A DNA stretch of 64,000 nt from Podarcis pityusensis. Taxonomy: Eukaryota. Below the pieces are notes generated by a model. The model did no database searches. It saw only the letters and a program-made list of their open reading frames with translations, and had not been told where the DNA came from. Below are positions 38,101-51,267 of this stretch, piece by piece; position 1 is the stretch's first letter, and each line of letters opens with the position of its first letter. The stretch is taken from assembly GCA_964106645.2 (NCBI GenBank), contig OZ067043.1; one strand, given 5' to 3'. The translations under genes and the position numbers were made by a program.

Positions 38101-41100
38101 GGAGTACAAGTCATTTCCCATAACCATGAGAAGTAAAACTTTCATTCCTAGTATGTCCTTCTTGCATCCCCTCCTAACTGCAGTTTAACTAACATGAACC
38201 CTAGTTGCTAGCATCCTGAGATATTGTATGCTTGAAAAGTGTGAAGTGAACCAAAGCTGACAGTTGAAAGTTTATATTTGATTCATCAGAAGCTTTGGGG
38301 CAAACAAATGCTTGTAAAGTGACAGTTAATTTTTTTACCCTTCATTTACACCAGTGACATATGACAATCCTTAGTTGATCACCACTGTAGCATTGCCAAT
38401 ATTACAAAATATATTGAACAAAAATGAAACAACCGTACTGATTCAGATTTATTCTGGGTTTGTGAATTTTAGTCATGCCTCCAAGTGCTGTTTTTTTTTT
38501 AAGTAACGAGTGGTCAATTGATAACCCTTCAACACATATTATTCCTTCCAAGTGTGAGTCTCCAGAATTTTCAAGCTACATATTAGTAGGAAGGACATGA
38601 GAAAGAAAGCATTTGTTATTGGCCTTGGGATATCTTGGAACAGGGAACTATGAACATACATATGCTTCTCATATGGGAAATGATCTACTGTGAGGGCAAA
38701 ACTATTTCCCCAGAGACTGCATATGGTTGTGCCTTAAATATAGCATGTTATGTTTCAGAAGAGGAGTATTTCTTATTTCTATAGCAGATGGAAAGGAAGT
38801 GTAAGGAATATATAAAACCAGCATGCAGAGACATGTCCACAATAACATTCCACTTTTTCAGAATGCAGCTAAAACATAACATTCTCTTGTATGCAAGTTA
38901 CCTCTGCAATTATTATTGTTATTGTTATTATTCATTTCATTTCTATACTGCTTTGCATTTTAAAGAAAAAACCCTCAAAGCAGTTTACAACCTACATTAA
39001 GGTGTCAAATAAAACAATACAGAATAATAGGAAACAAAAATATTATCTTAAAGATTTCAAAATAAAACATTTCAAAGGAGGTAAAATACAGAATGCACAT
39101 CTAATGCAGCAAACAAAAAATATCTTAAACATTTCAAAAGAAAACATTACTAAAGGAAGTCAAAGAAAATGCACATTTAAAGCAGCATAAGTAGCAAGAG
39201 AGTAAGATATCACAAGCCTAGAACAAGCTGCTTTTGCTGCCAATCCTGCCAATGGTAGTGCATGACAGGTGGTGGCTGTGGCAGCTTGGGCTCAATGACC
39301 TGGGTCTGCATTAAGAGACAGCCAATTATTGATTAATTCAAAGAATTCAAGTATTTAAAAAATGCATTGGACATGATCTGTATGCATGCCTTAGGACTTG
39401 GGCATGACCAATAGCTAGTTAGTTAGAATTATTGTACCCTTGTTTCAAACTGTTTTTTGAAACATACTTGAGTTTAAAAAGCAGCTAATTGTGTTGCATG
39501 TGGGCCAGTGGCAGCTGTTCAATGAGAAAAATCCCACAAACAACCACAAATAGTCTATTCCAACACATTGTTTCTCAGCAGATTTTGATTCGCATATTTA
39601 TATTATGAGAAGGCAGACACAGCCATGAGGCCTAAGAAATGCAGGAAGGTTAAGAGTCAGTAGTGTAAATTTAATTCAAAACAGGATCAGTGCGGGTTGA
39701 AAAGCAGATTACTTCTGTGAAACGTATCATTGCTAATATAGGAAAAGTCTAGGGCTTCAGGCTAACTTGGTAACATACATTATATAATTTCGCTTCTATC
39801 TGACAGGTTTTTGGATAATATGCTGGGGTCTTACAAAAGAAGACAGGGAAATTTCTAATCTTGAGGTCAAAATGTATGGGACAATGAAAATGCACATGCC
39901 ACTTAGCAAACTTTTTATTAAACTTCTGTAAGCAGCAGTATTTCCCCACCACCAAAGCTGCTGGTTTCCCCTTTGTGAAACACACCCATGCTTCTCTTAT
40001 CAGGACAAATGGCTTAAGGGAGAAAACAATTTTATTCAGTGAAAATTGTGTAGTTTTGCCCTGATTTTGGCTATAAAGGAATGGCTTGTACACAAGTTAA
40101 TCGAGATCTCCCTATAGAAACCATGCTCTCCCTCTCTGGTAGAAGGCAAATAGTCTTAGGTTATTGCTCTCTACACAGACTCTGCACATTTAATTTAGAC
40201 AAGATGGGGTAGGCATTTATGCTATTGTATCCAGTGTTTCTATGGCTCTAAATTCGACTGCTGAATGTAAGAAAGGGGGGAATACCATGAACAAGTGAGC
40301 CTGGTAACGATCACTGCAGGCTAATCAGACTTGACAGTAAATTGCATTTAGTCAAATTAATGTCAGAACTTCAAATTATTTGCAAACATCCCGTACTTTA
40401 ATGCCCTCAATTTTTACCTCATTCCTCCAATTAAAAAATGAAGCCAGAGGAGCCTAGGGCACTACATGAGGAGAGCAGATTTGCTTCTGACAAAGTCTCA
40501 CTGAATCATTGTTGCACGCAACACTTTTATGGGAAGTTCAGTAGCAGAAAGGGGAAGAGGCAAAAAGTAAAGAAACAAAAATGTAATGGCTTAATGTACC
40601 TAAAGAAATATGTAAAGGGATGGACTTGTGTTGGGATGTGGTACATATTACCCCTCCCATCATGAACTCAGAACTGTTTCTAGTATGCTGATTTTGGTAA
40701 ACTCAAATAGCAGCTGTTACCTGTTCCTAATAACGAAAAACAGTGCCAAACATTCATTCTCTACCCATGAAGGTTATTATTTTTTCACTTGGCTTTAAGG
40801 AGTACATTGATGTACAAAAAGCCTCCACCATGCACACTGAACTAGATCCTAATTTAAGTTTATAATTTCAGCTATTACCACTATTAACTACATTTACACC
40901 CTGTCTTTCCCCCAAGAAGCTTAAGGTAGCACACATTGTTACCCTCTAATTTTCTTCTCAAAACACCCAGTTTAAAGTCCAATGCTCTAATCACCATACT
41001 ACAGTTAGATTGCATAATAAGGACAGTGCTACAGTTTTTTTTTGGGGGGGGGAGGGATAACCTCTGAGTGAAAAGCAAGGAAAATACAATCTTCATGTTT

Positions 41101-42099
41101 ACTACAGGTTTGACCAATAGGCGCCTAGCCACTGAGGCGCAAATAAGTCACAGTATGGCTTATTATGTCATGTGAACCCAGACCATAAATTGTTTGTTTC
41201 AAACAAGCCATGAGCAGTAAGCCAGAAACAAACCAAGAACAAACCTACTATATATTGAACATACGCAGATGACTGAATATAAAGAAAGCAAGGGGATTTA
41301 TATTTTAACTACACCGTGGCTGCTTCATCCAGAGCTTTTATATATGTGCCACCCATAAACTTGCCTTGTCAAGTTCCAATAGCAGTACCAGTCCTAACAG
41401 GTGTTACTGTGGGATTAGAATTTTGACTGCATAAAGGCTGGTGTGACATTGTCCAATGTGGTGCACTGTGTGTGTGTGTTAAAAAACCTGAGTTGTCTTT
41501 GTACATTTCATAATATTTTATTTTTGTTTTTAAAAAACTATTATCAGTATAATCACTAAACTGTATACCAATATACAACTTGTAAAGAGGCTGCCTCAGG
41601 TTGTCCATTAAATCAATGATCAGAGATAGTGACATGTTACTGAATTAATGCAGCCCAATCTTGTAACCTCCTGTTATCAAACAACTGCATGTAGCATTGC
41701 TTAGCAGCTAACAGCACTAAGCTAGAGAATGAAAGAATCTGAATTCCATTACTGTCTCTACCCAAACAAAATATGCCATTTCGGGAGTAGTGGCTTTTCA
41801 CAGAAAAATGTAGGCAGACTCCAGTTCTAATGTTCTGTAGCTATTCTCTTCCAAGCTGTATGCCACTTGTTCAAAAATGAATTATCTAGGGTGAAATGCA
41901 TAGAAAAGTATACAAAATGTATATATTATGAAGGTAAAGCTTACATATGGAAAATCCATACAGAAATGCATGGAATTTAAATGCAAAATTCTGATGATGT
42001 CTTTTTTTTTTATTAAAAAAAAACAGCAGAAAAGGGATGAAACAAACTTAAGATTGAAAGCATGCTAAACTGACACATAAGAGAAATAGGCACACCTTG

Positions 42100-42300
42100 A
42101 ATCAAGCCTGGAAGGGAACATACAACCAGGGCAGATCAAGCAGTATTGGAGTAATATGCTCTGACCGACCTGTTCCAATAAATAACCTGGAGGTGGTGTT
42201 TTGTACCAGCTGAAGGTTCTGGACACGTTTCAAGGGCAGCCCCATGAGCATGTTACAGTAGTCAAGGCTGAAGGTGACCAGAACACACCTGATTGTGGTG
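42100..42300 (-). mobile_element. L2 LINE ORF2 C-terminal fragment
   Basis: LDYCNMLMGLPLKRVQNLQLVQN...HITPILLDLPWL. Confidence 0.8.
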
Positions 42301-45300
42301 AATTTTAAGTGAATTGCTCTTTTGAAGTGGATCACAGAGAGAGAAATGCAAGCTGTAAATTATTTTTGGGTGTCATAGCAATTCCCATATATAGTGATTA
42401 TTTTGTTACATGCAATCATGATACTTATTTGGTAATCTTTCTATTTACCACCAACTTCTGTTTACCACCAACTTGGTCCTTGTCTGGACATGAAAAGTGG
42501 CAAATTGGAAGGGCAGCAGACAGTACTTATCCATATCCTTATCTAAAACAGAAGTGTTCAAAGTAAGTTTCTACAGAAACCAGAAGGTTGCACAGCCATG
42601 CTTCCTTCAGTCCAGTGTAGATCCCAGGTGTCAGCAGCCAGGGCTAGTGCCTACATGCTATTTGGTTTCTAAGGAAGGAAGTTGTGATGGCTGAGGCAGA
42701 AATGGCAACTTCCAGGTCCTCTTTTTGAAAAAGAGTTTGCAAAGGTACTTCTTCCAAACAGGAGGACAGAGGAAGCCTAGTGTTTCACCTTTCCATCTCA
42801 TCTCCAGAGTCTAATCACACCACTTCCTACACACATCATGCATGATTGTGAGTCCCCACTTGTCTATCATACGCCCAACACCCTATTTACATGTATTAGC
42901 TATAGCTTTCACAACATGACATCTTTTCTCAACCACCATATCAGCACTTATTTTGGAAACTGTTTTCCCCACAACAGATGAATAACTCTTAATTTGAGTA
43001 TATTCACGAGGAAGCCAATAAAGTAGGAACTTTAAACAGAACATGAAAAGCATTTGTCCAGCTCTGGCAAAATGCATTTCACACTAATATTACTTTCAAT
43101 GCCTGAGATATTTGATCCTGTCTGAGGAAAGCTATTTCTGATGCTTTTTTTTTTTTAAAGAAAAACACAACTGGACAGCATCAGGAAGGTATGTGTGCGT
43201 GTGCTTCACCTAATTTACCTTCTTCCATAAAGCAGGACATATATTTCAAGCACTTATCCAGCTTTTCTTTGAAAATTTACAACAGAAGATTATACATCCT
43301 CTTCAGACATCTTGCCCCATTGCTGAGCTATTGATATAGTTCTAAGCAGTAAGAAAAATTGTGCAGTATCTTGGATAGTTCAACCCAGAATCTCACATCA
43401 TTCAGCCTACGTTCTATTTTTAAAAACCCCAACTTAATTTTTATTATTGCTAAAGCAATTAGCCTAATAGTCTACCTGGCAAAGTGCAACCCATTACCTA
43501 ACATGCGTTGCTAGCCTCTGTGACAGTGAGATTTAATGCAACCCTTTTGATCTGTGCCAATCCTTAAGAACCATATAAGCTCACAAACGCATTATTCAGT
43601 TTAACAAAAATCTGAAAAATCTGTGTTGGCAAAATAAGAAATGAAGCAACAGATTTTTTCTAGAGAATTCTGTCCCAACTGGCTTATGCTGTCTGAACCC
43701 TTTGTGAAACCTAATAAGTAGTTTTGGACTATGAACTATGTAGTTAACATGCATATGCTTAGATTCTGGACCAGGAAAAAGAAACTGACTTTCAAAAGTG
43801 AACTCCTTTTGTTGCAGCTTAATTCAGTTATGAAAACCAAAAGCCAGATGTGAAAACTACTAACACTGATGAGGAAAATAAGGGGGGTAGCATTTATGAT
43901 TCTTCACTTTCTTATTTGGCTAAAACTTAAATCTGTTAAGCATGTATATATTGTAACAGATAATGGAAGAATTATGAACTAAGCTGTTACTGAAAAAGGT
44001 ACCCTTAAAGGCATCACTATGAAAGAAAAAATGGATTGCAACAACCACTTTAAAATAGGTGCAGCAGCAATGTTAGGCTTTCTTGTGAACATCAAACTGC
44101 TCTGGAAGGTAGAGAACAGAGTTGCAGTGATTCAATCCCTGAAATGTGTTCTTTAAAGTCAGAAAATACTATAAATGAAAATCAGAATTGGAATGATGCC
44201 CTTTATAGGTTGAACGAGCCATCCATGGAACTCAACTAAAACTCTAAAGAGAAACATATTCTGTTGCTTCCAAGAAATGTAGAAACTTGCACAGGGATCA
44301 TACCATAAAAATTTAATCTTACAATCCTTGAGGAAGAGATCACTTTAAACGAAGTGCAGCATGCAAACATGCTACTCTTGCTACACAAAGAAGCAGTTGC
44401 AATCCTTACACTTCTTCTACCAAAAGCAAAAGGAGAGTATTTGTAACTCAAAATATCCCAACGAAAGAATGTAACCAACATCCATTTTTCTGTCATGACT
44501 ACACAGCCCTTTATTTGGGGTTATATACCATGTACTATATGGGAGCTGTCCAGGGTATTGAAAGTAATTATGGGTATGGAAAGGGCTTAGGGAAGATTCT
44601 CATGTCACTGTTCTATTTTCTGAAATTGATTATTCTGTAATAAAGAGCACTGCAGCAAGAAAAATGGTCACACAAGTACATGGTTCCTAATGTGCGCAAA
44701 AGTTACATCTGACACCCCATTCTTATTCAGCTGTGTAACCTCATGAACAACTATACAAGAATCTGCCTTTAGGTCAGATAAGCTGCATCAAGTATTTGGG
44801 TTCAAAACTTCCCACTTCAGAAAGATCCTTAAAAAGGAAATGCAGAATAGCCCAAAGCTTGGAGCACTTCTTAACAGAACTAATATGGTAATACAATATA
44901 TTACTTTCTTCTGTAGCCAGGAGTTTAAAAGTAGCATGTTAACTGCCAAAAATTAATAAACCATACACTTAGCAGTGCTTTGTTTATTAAAATATTTAAC
45001 ATGTATTTATGTCTGCCAACATCCATTAAGACACGAATATATTGCCACATTATTCTTTCAGAAGAGGTATCTAAAATATGCTGGAGAAAGTTATCTAATC
45101 ATTTGCACTGGATGGGACTAAGATAGTAAATTGGTTCTCTTTCTTTTGTTAAATTGGTTCTCTTTCTTTTGAAACTACTGGATATGGGCATTGTGACAGT
45201 CATTGTTTATAAGAAAAATGCCTGGCAAATGTATCCAGGTTCCTTTTATTTCATTTTCCTGCTTTGTAAAATATAAAGTATAATTTCCTAAAAATTCAAG

Positions 45301-47011
45301 GTGGCAGCAATAATGGAGTCCCAATAAAGACAGGTGTGGTCTTAAGTCTGAAATAGAGGGAATTTAAATTTTAAATGCTTGTAAGAGGATTAGAAGGAGC
45401 AATTATAAATAAGTTGTCCCCTAAATACATTCCCCCTGACAGTATGAATGATACTAACAGTTTGTATAGGTGTTATTAATTCCAATCATCCACCACTTAC
45501 AGAATAGTCATTAACTGTAAACAGTTAATATTTTGTTAATCTTCCTAAATCTAACTCTTAGTGAAGGCTACACCTTTAAGTGAACAAATAAACACTACTC
45601 TGATTATTTAAGAAAAGCACTACCTGAAGTTGTTAACCCTAACGAGATTTTGTGAAAGACTAAAGCCTAGTCCACTTTGATAGCTAAAAGATTTGAGTTG
45701 TCTCCATTTCAAAAGAAATTTTACTTGTTTTGCATGGCTAGTGTTTTAACATGTTCAGGAAGGGATATCTGACCAGTTTTCAAACTCTGGACCTGCAGGG
45801 AATTCTGAAATTAGATACTGACCTTTCCTGAAAAATCAGCAAAGTGAACAGAGAGACATTCCTATGCTCAAGCTTTTTTAAGCAATTCAAAATCCTTTGC
45901 ATCTGCCTTTAGGAAGGTGGAGACTGACAAAAAAGTCTACTGTGATTAAGGATTTGCAAATGTGTGGTTTACATTTTCTATGAAAATGGACCAAAGGGTG
46001 ATAACCCATCATTTTTGGATGCTGAACCTTTGCTTCTTCCATAAAACGACTTCTTAAAGGAAGTTGGCATGTTAATAATTCAAACTCAGCAAGGATCCCC
46101 TTGGTAAGGATCTATTCCTTCCTAGTGCTGATGAATGATTGAGCCTAATTTAGCTAAGTGCTGACAGGGCCAACTAATGTTCAGCAACAATGACTGCATA
46201 AACAGTGTTGTGCTTTAAGAAGCTAAGTGATATGAATACCAAGGCAAGGATACTACACCTATTATGTAATTTAACCAGAATGGCCAAAGCTTATTCTGTT
46301 TTGAACTGTCCTGTCCATAGATATCAGGAAGTATTGGGAACGGGTTCTTAAACAAAAAACAAAAACAAAATAGTTGAGATCCATCCTACATATGTGAAAT
46401 GGGTTAGAGAGGAAAGCACAGGAGTTTGCTTCTGCAATACTTAGTATAGAATGCATCTTTACCAGCTGAAGCAGCAGCATTTAAACAAGCCCCCAAATAT
46501 ACATTCATATGCAATCATTCCAGCAAGATAATCTCTAGCCTGCAGGTTGCTGAAAATGTTCAAGGAGTTAACAACTGCAGAAAGAATTCAAACATTTTTC
46601 TGTCGTTCATTTCCATCTGAAGCTGGTAGCTCAACTCTCAAAGTAAGACTAAGCTACTACCCAGGTGTCAACACAGCTTCAGTTTAACCCTTCATCTAGA
46701 AAAGCTTTCTTGATGTTCTTTCTATGAGTTTGGGATTTTTATGAATTCATAGGAGAACCTGAACAACCCCCCCCCAAAAAATGATTTTTTCTGTGCTATG
46801 TCCGTACTCATCCAGACAATCAAAAGAATTCAGCCTTGCCTTTCATGTGTTTAATTTGATCTGACAGTGCTGCATAAACTGCTTTATCTGAGATCCAAAT
46901 AATGCAAATATATATCTGTATTGTACAAAACAAGTTTCAATTTGCTTTCCAAAAGGTAAGCTCTGCAAGTCCCAATAAAACCTTGTAACTTTTTCCAACA
47001 AAGCTACTTAC

Positions 47012-47118
47012 CAGGAAGCGAACATCATCAAAGCCATTGAGAAGCAGTTTGCTCTCATACTGCTGTAAGCCGATGGACTCCAGCCACTCCCCAACACTCT
47101 GCTCCAGCATCCGTGAAC
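47012..47118 (-). CDS. ANKS1A: ANKS1A exon, start of SAM1
   Basis: (G)[35 protein letters not shown]; ctctcgtcAG / GTaagt. Confidence 0.96.
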
Positions 47119-47227
47119 CTGACGAGAGAGGAATCGGCAGACGCTTGAAAAAGGAAAACCCATTAAGGCGGTAGCAGCGGCACTCTGAGGAAGACAGGTG
47201 GCATTGCCACATCATAGTCATTACCAT
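47119..47227 (-). CDS. ANKS1A: Putative alternative N-terminus of a short ANKS1A isoform ([36 protein letters not shown]), in frame with the SAM1 exon
   Basis: Four in-frame ATGs, open frame across the acceptor; resembles the MMWQCHLS start of short AIDA-1/ANKS1B isoforms (recalled, not searched). Confidence 0.7.
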
Positions 47228-49059
47228 AAAGAAGCCAAACCAAGGCCAGAGTACAACAATTAGCTGACAGACAGTTCCTCTTCTGTACACAAACCATGAA
47301 CAATAAGCTTCTGTCCTGTTCAAACTAGAGCGTTAATCGGTCTCCCGGTTATACTCAAACAAACTCTGAATCCAAGCTGTTTAGAACCATTCCTGGGGCC
47401 AAGGCATCACATGCACTGATTTTCTGGCTCAAGTGTGCTCCTCGCCAGGCAAAAGCATCCCAAACCTCACAAGACTCCTGGGTCAGCTCCTTGTTTCATC
47501 TGAGGGGGCTGAAAACTTTCCAAGGCAACATTCCAAGCCAAGGCTACAGGCACGAGAGACAAGAGAGGGCCAGCTCACAAATAAACACAGCCCAGCAGAT
47601 GCTTGCATCCATGCAACTTCAGATGCATTACCTTGTACAACAGGCCAGTAAGGAAGACTGTTAGCACTGGAGGTGCAAAGCAGTTAGAGAGAAAATACAT
47701 CTTCATGCAGCTGAGAGAGACAAACAGACACGATGGGTGTTCAGAAAAGCAGCAGCAGCCAGATTAGTGAACAGCTGTCCAAAGGAAGACATGCAAGACA
47801 AATAAAAACAAAAACAAAAAAGACAAACTGCAGTAGAAGAATAAAGATTTATACTTTTTTTCCCCCAACAGTCCCGGAACAGGCAAACCATGGTACGGGC
47901 TTTTCTTTGTTATTTTATTATAAGGAGTGGAAGCATGAGGGACAACAAGCCTGAGCTTGGAAGTCCTGCCACTGTCATTTTATCATCTATCCAGATGCAT
48001 GACATCCTGACAGCCGGTATTGACTGATCTGGGCTGGGAACCAGCGTCAACATCTAAACTGGAACAAATAAGTATACCGGAGCATCCAGTCTGAGCAAAA
48101 AGATAAATGGTCAGCTCATTTTCCACCCAACATGCCTGCTCCTGCCAGTTCTTTGTTGACTTGTATTTGCCCGTCCTTCATTTTCTTCCACTAAAGGCAA
48201 GTACTACCTTCAAATTCCTTACTGAGATAATGAACAGCTTTCAGAACAAAGCATCTTAGCTCGTTGGTTTAAGGGGGTGAGGAAAGCCAAGCAAGATGAA
48301 CACGCCCCCTCCCCTTTTCTCCGCAGCAGATAGGGTTAGATATGTCCTGGCACCTCCTTTCAGCTGGTTAGTCAGAAATAAATTCTTCCAAGAGCCCCGT
48401 AGAAGCTATATGGAACGCCTCTTCTTCCCTCCACACATCAGAGGAGAGTCTAGGAACTTGTTACTTTCCCTGTGCAGAACTGGTGATATTTGATGAAGCA
48501 AGGAAAGTTCAGAGCCCACGTCTTTGCAGTCCTCAGAGGAATTGCTATGCAAGTCACGCAGAATTTTCTCAGTCTTCCTAGCATGTCCGTCACTGAAGGG
48601 CATTTGCAAAATATTGATGAGGACACCGGGGTTGCAGTCTTTGAACCCTGTGGTTATCAGAAGTTCTGAACATCCTAAACTAGCCTCCACCCCTTTCTTT
48701 CCAGACTGCCTACACAATGCAGTGCTGGCTATTATCTGAACAATCGAGGGGTTAGAGATCCTGTTACGCTGGCCTTCAGAAAAGATCCTCTGTTAAGCAA
48801 GTCAGTGTTAATGAGTGCTCGGGAGCTGGCCAGCCTTCTTAATGCATACTGCAGCACAAGGGATGCAGCACTCACAAAAGATTTCCTCCTCCCTTCTCTG
48901 ACAAAGCCTGGGCAAAGGGACAGCATCTATATCCCCAAATTCCAAGCAGCAGGCTCTTGCTAGCCAGAGATTCTTTCCTTATCCAGGGCTGATTCCTTTC
49001 TACTCCATAAGCAGGCAAAAGGACTCTGGTATTTTCCCAGGCAAGCATGTGTCCCTTTC

Positions 49060-49300
49060 AGAGAGCTGCAGCAGACTGCTTTGTCTAAAGGCAGCAAGCT
49101 CCACACTTGCAACGTCTCTCGCTCTCTCACTGGCTGTTCCCTCCCCTCCCCTAGTGCTCACACCCCTCCCAGCAGAAGCAGTGATCAGGTTTCAGAACAG
49201 AAGCTGGCAAGGGAGAGAGAAATAAGACGGCAGCTTTGCAATATTCAAATTGCAATTTCAAAATTTGTTTGATTACCCTGAGCCATGTGGTGTGGTTTTT
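49060..49300 (-). promoter_or_regulatory. Candidate internal promoter for short ANKS1A transcripts
   Basis: GGGGTGTG and GGGGAGGGG boxes, GA-rich gagagagcgagaga, TTGCAAT; about 2 kb upstream of the MMWQCHLS ATGs. Confidence 0.3.
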
Positions 49301-50427
49301 CAGCATAAAACGGATACAGTATGTGGGGATTAATTTATCAGACGTGAGCTGAGATTTTCAGATACTGAAAGGTAAGCATGACTGAAGGGAGTCAGACCAA
49401 TTGGAAACAAACATATTACACCAGCTTTCTATATGCCTGCATGTAGCATTTGCTTCGTCTTGGATTATTAAAGATGCTTTGCCTTCACGGATCTGATCAG
49501 ATACTGTAGTTATTACACCAAAGGCAACTTTTGTGAAGCTACTGGGGAACAGAATTGCCATTGTGGGGGGATGAATAAGTCAAGTTACTAAACCCCCTCA
49601 TAATTATTTGGGAGAAGCAGTGTACAAAGGCCCTGAAAGTTTTTAGCTTGGATGTTCAAAAACCAGAGCCAGAATATACGCAAAGGCCCTAAACAGCGTT
49701 TTTGTAGTAAGTATAGTTTCCAACACCTAACTATTGGAATATAAAGTCAAAATCAAAACACAACTCCATTTCAAGTTTGAGAGTCTGAAGAAATTGTTTA
49801 TGTTGTGATACTGATGAAGACAGTTTCATAGTTTTCCACTTAAGTCTAAAGTGTTTTGCATTTGCATAGCATGGCAAAAGAGAATTAAGCTAGAATTTGC
49901 CAGTTGGAACTAGTTTGCCAAATGAAATTATCCTCCCTCCTCATGCACTGTTCTGGGGGTTCTCCCATCCACCCCAAGCCAATTTTGGAGATGCTGTGTG
50001 GAAAGCCCTGTTGCCCAAGCAGAAGCCCTTGCATAGGGCTTCTGCTAAAAGAATCCTACCCTCTGTGTTTAACTAGGGACAGCTCACTCAGGCAGCACCA
50101 AAACATTTTGGCCACCAGGAAGGCTATTACATTAGTTTAACCCTGAGCACCTTAGATTTGGTAGCAGTTTATTATAATGGGATTGCAACCCTCTGGCTGC
50201 AAAGCAAAATGACCTTGATAATCAAGACTGTACCTTCATGTTTGTACATCACTATAAGACTATGGCTACTGGAGAAACCACTCATTCATTTTGGGCATGT
50301 GCCTAGACATAAACAGACAGTATCTTGATACATGGTCTGCATTAGAGAATGCATTTAGTGCATTTAATGCAAACTTGAGTGCTAAATTGAAAACATATCA
50401 ACTACAGCCACCAAGAAAAGGCTAGAC

Positions 50428-51267
50428 CAGGGGCTCTCAAACTTTCCACCCCCAGGGCCTGCTTCAGATAGCTGAAAATTACTGAGGTCCACCAGTTACA
50501 AAATGGTGGGGCAGGGGCAGAGCCCATCTCAAAATGGTGGCAGATAGAGGCAGTTTGGCATAATCAGGTGGCAATTACTGACATCATTTTCTACAAATAT
50601 ATCATCCATCTTTGGAAATTGCTAAATTATTTGTCACAGCATTTTCACTGCAGTGAGGTGTTTCATAGCTCAGGTTTCCTCAAGCTAAGCACAGACATTT
50701 GCTCTGGAGGTATTGTGACAGTCTCCTCGTTTTAGGTAGAATTTGCTGATCCAGAGGCTCTACATGAAGAAGACTTACTCTTTTATATTTCCCCACATCT
50801 CACCTCCACATGCCTCTATTTTTAGTCATGTCCTGTAATTTCTTCTCCAATTCTGCTTTCACACTCAACTGGACCTTAACCCCACCCCTAACCTCCGCAT
50901 GCCAACTTCTTCCTGGTCCTCTTTCATTCATCCCTCCTATAACAGCTCTCTTCTTTTATCCCTTTCCTTTCTATTCCCATTTTATTTATTATTAATATTC
51001 ATTAACAACAGCATTTTATCTTAGTTTCTCATTTCCTTCAACACCTCCCTCTGGCTCTTTATCCTCAGAGGAGGGAGACATTCATTCCCTCCTCCCTCAC
51101 TGTACTTCTGCTTCTCAATCACTTGTACTCAGCATGGGTGCTGGCACTGGTCCAACCAAAATGCAGTGGCATGGCTAGGGGGTAGGGCAGGCATGTGAGG
51201 AGGCCTTGGACAGGCTGTGGCACTGAGGCCACTAGTGGATCCTAGTCAGTGGTTTGGGAAGCCATTA
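50428..51267. mobile_element. Old hAT-type DNA transposon remnant
   Basis: Left end caggggctctcaaact; degenerate right end ggtttgggaagccatta. Confidence 0.45.
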
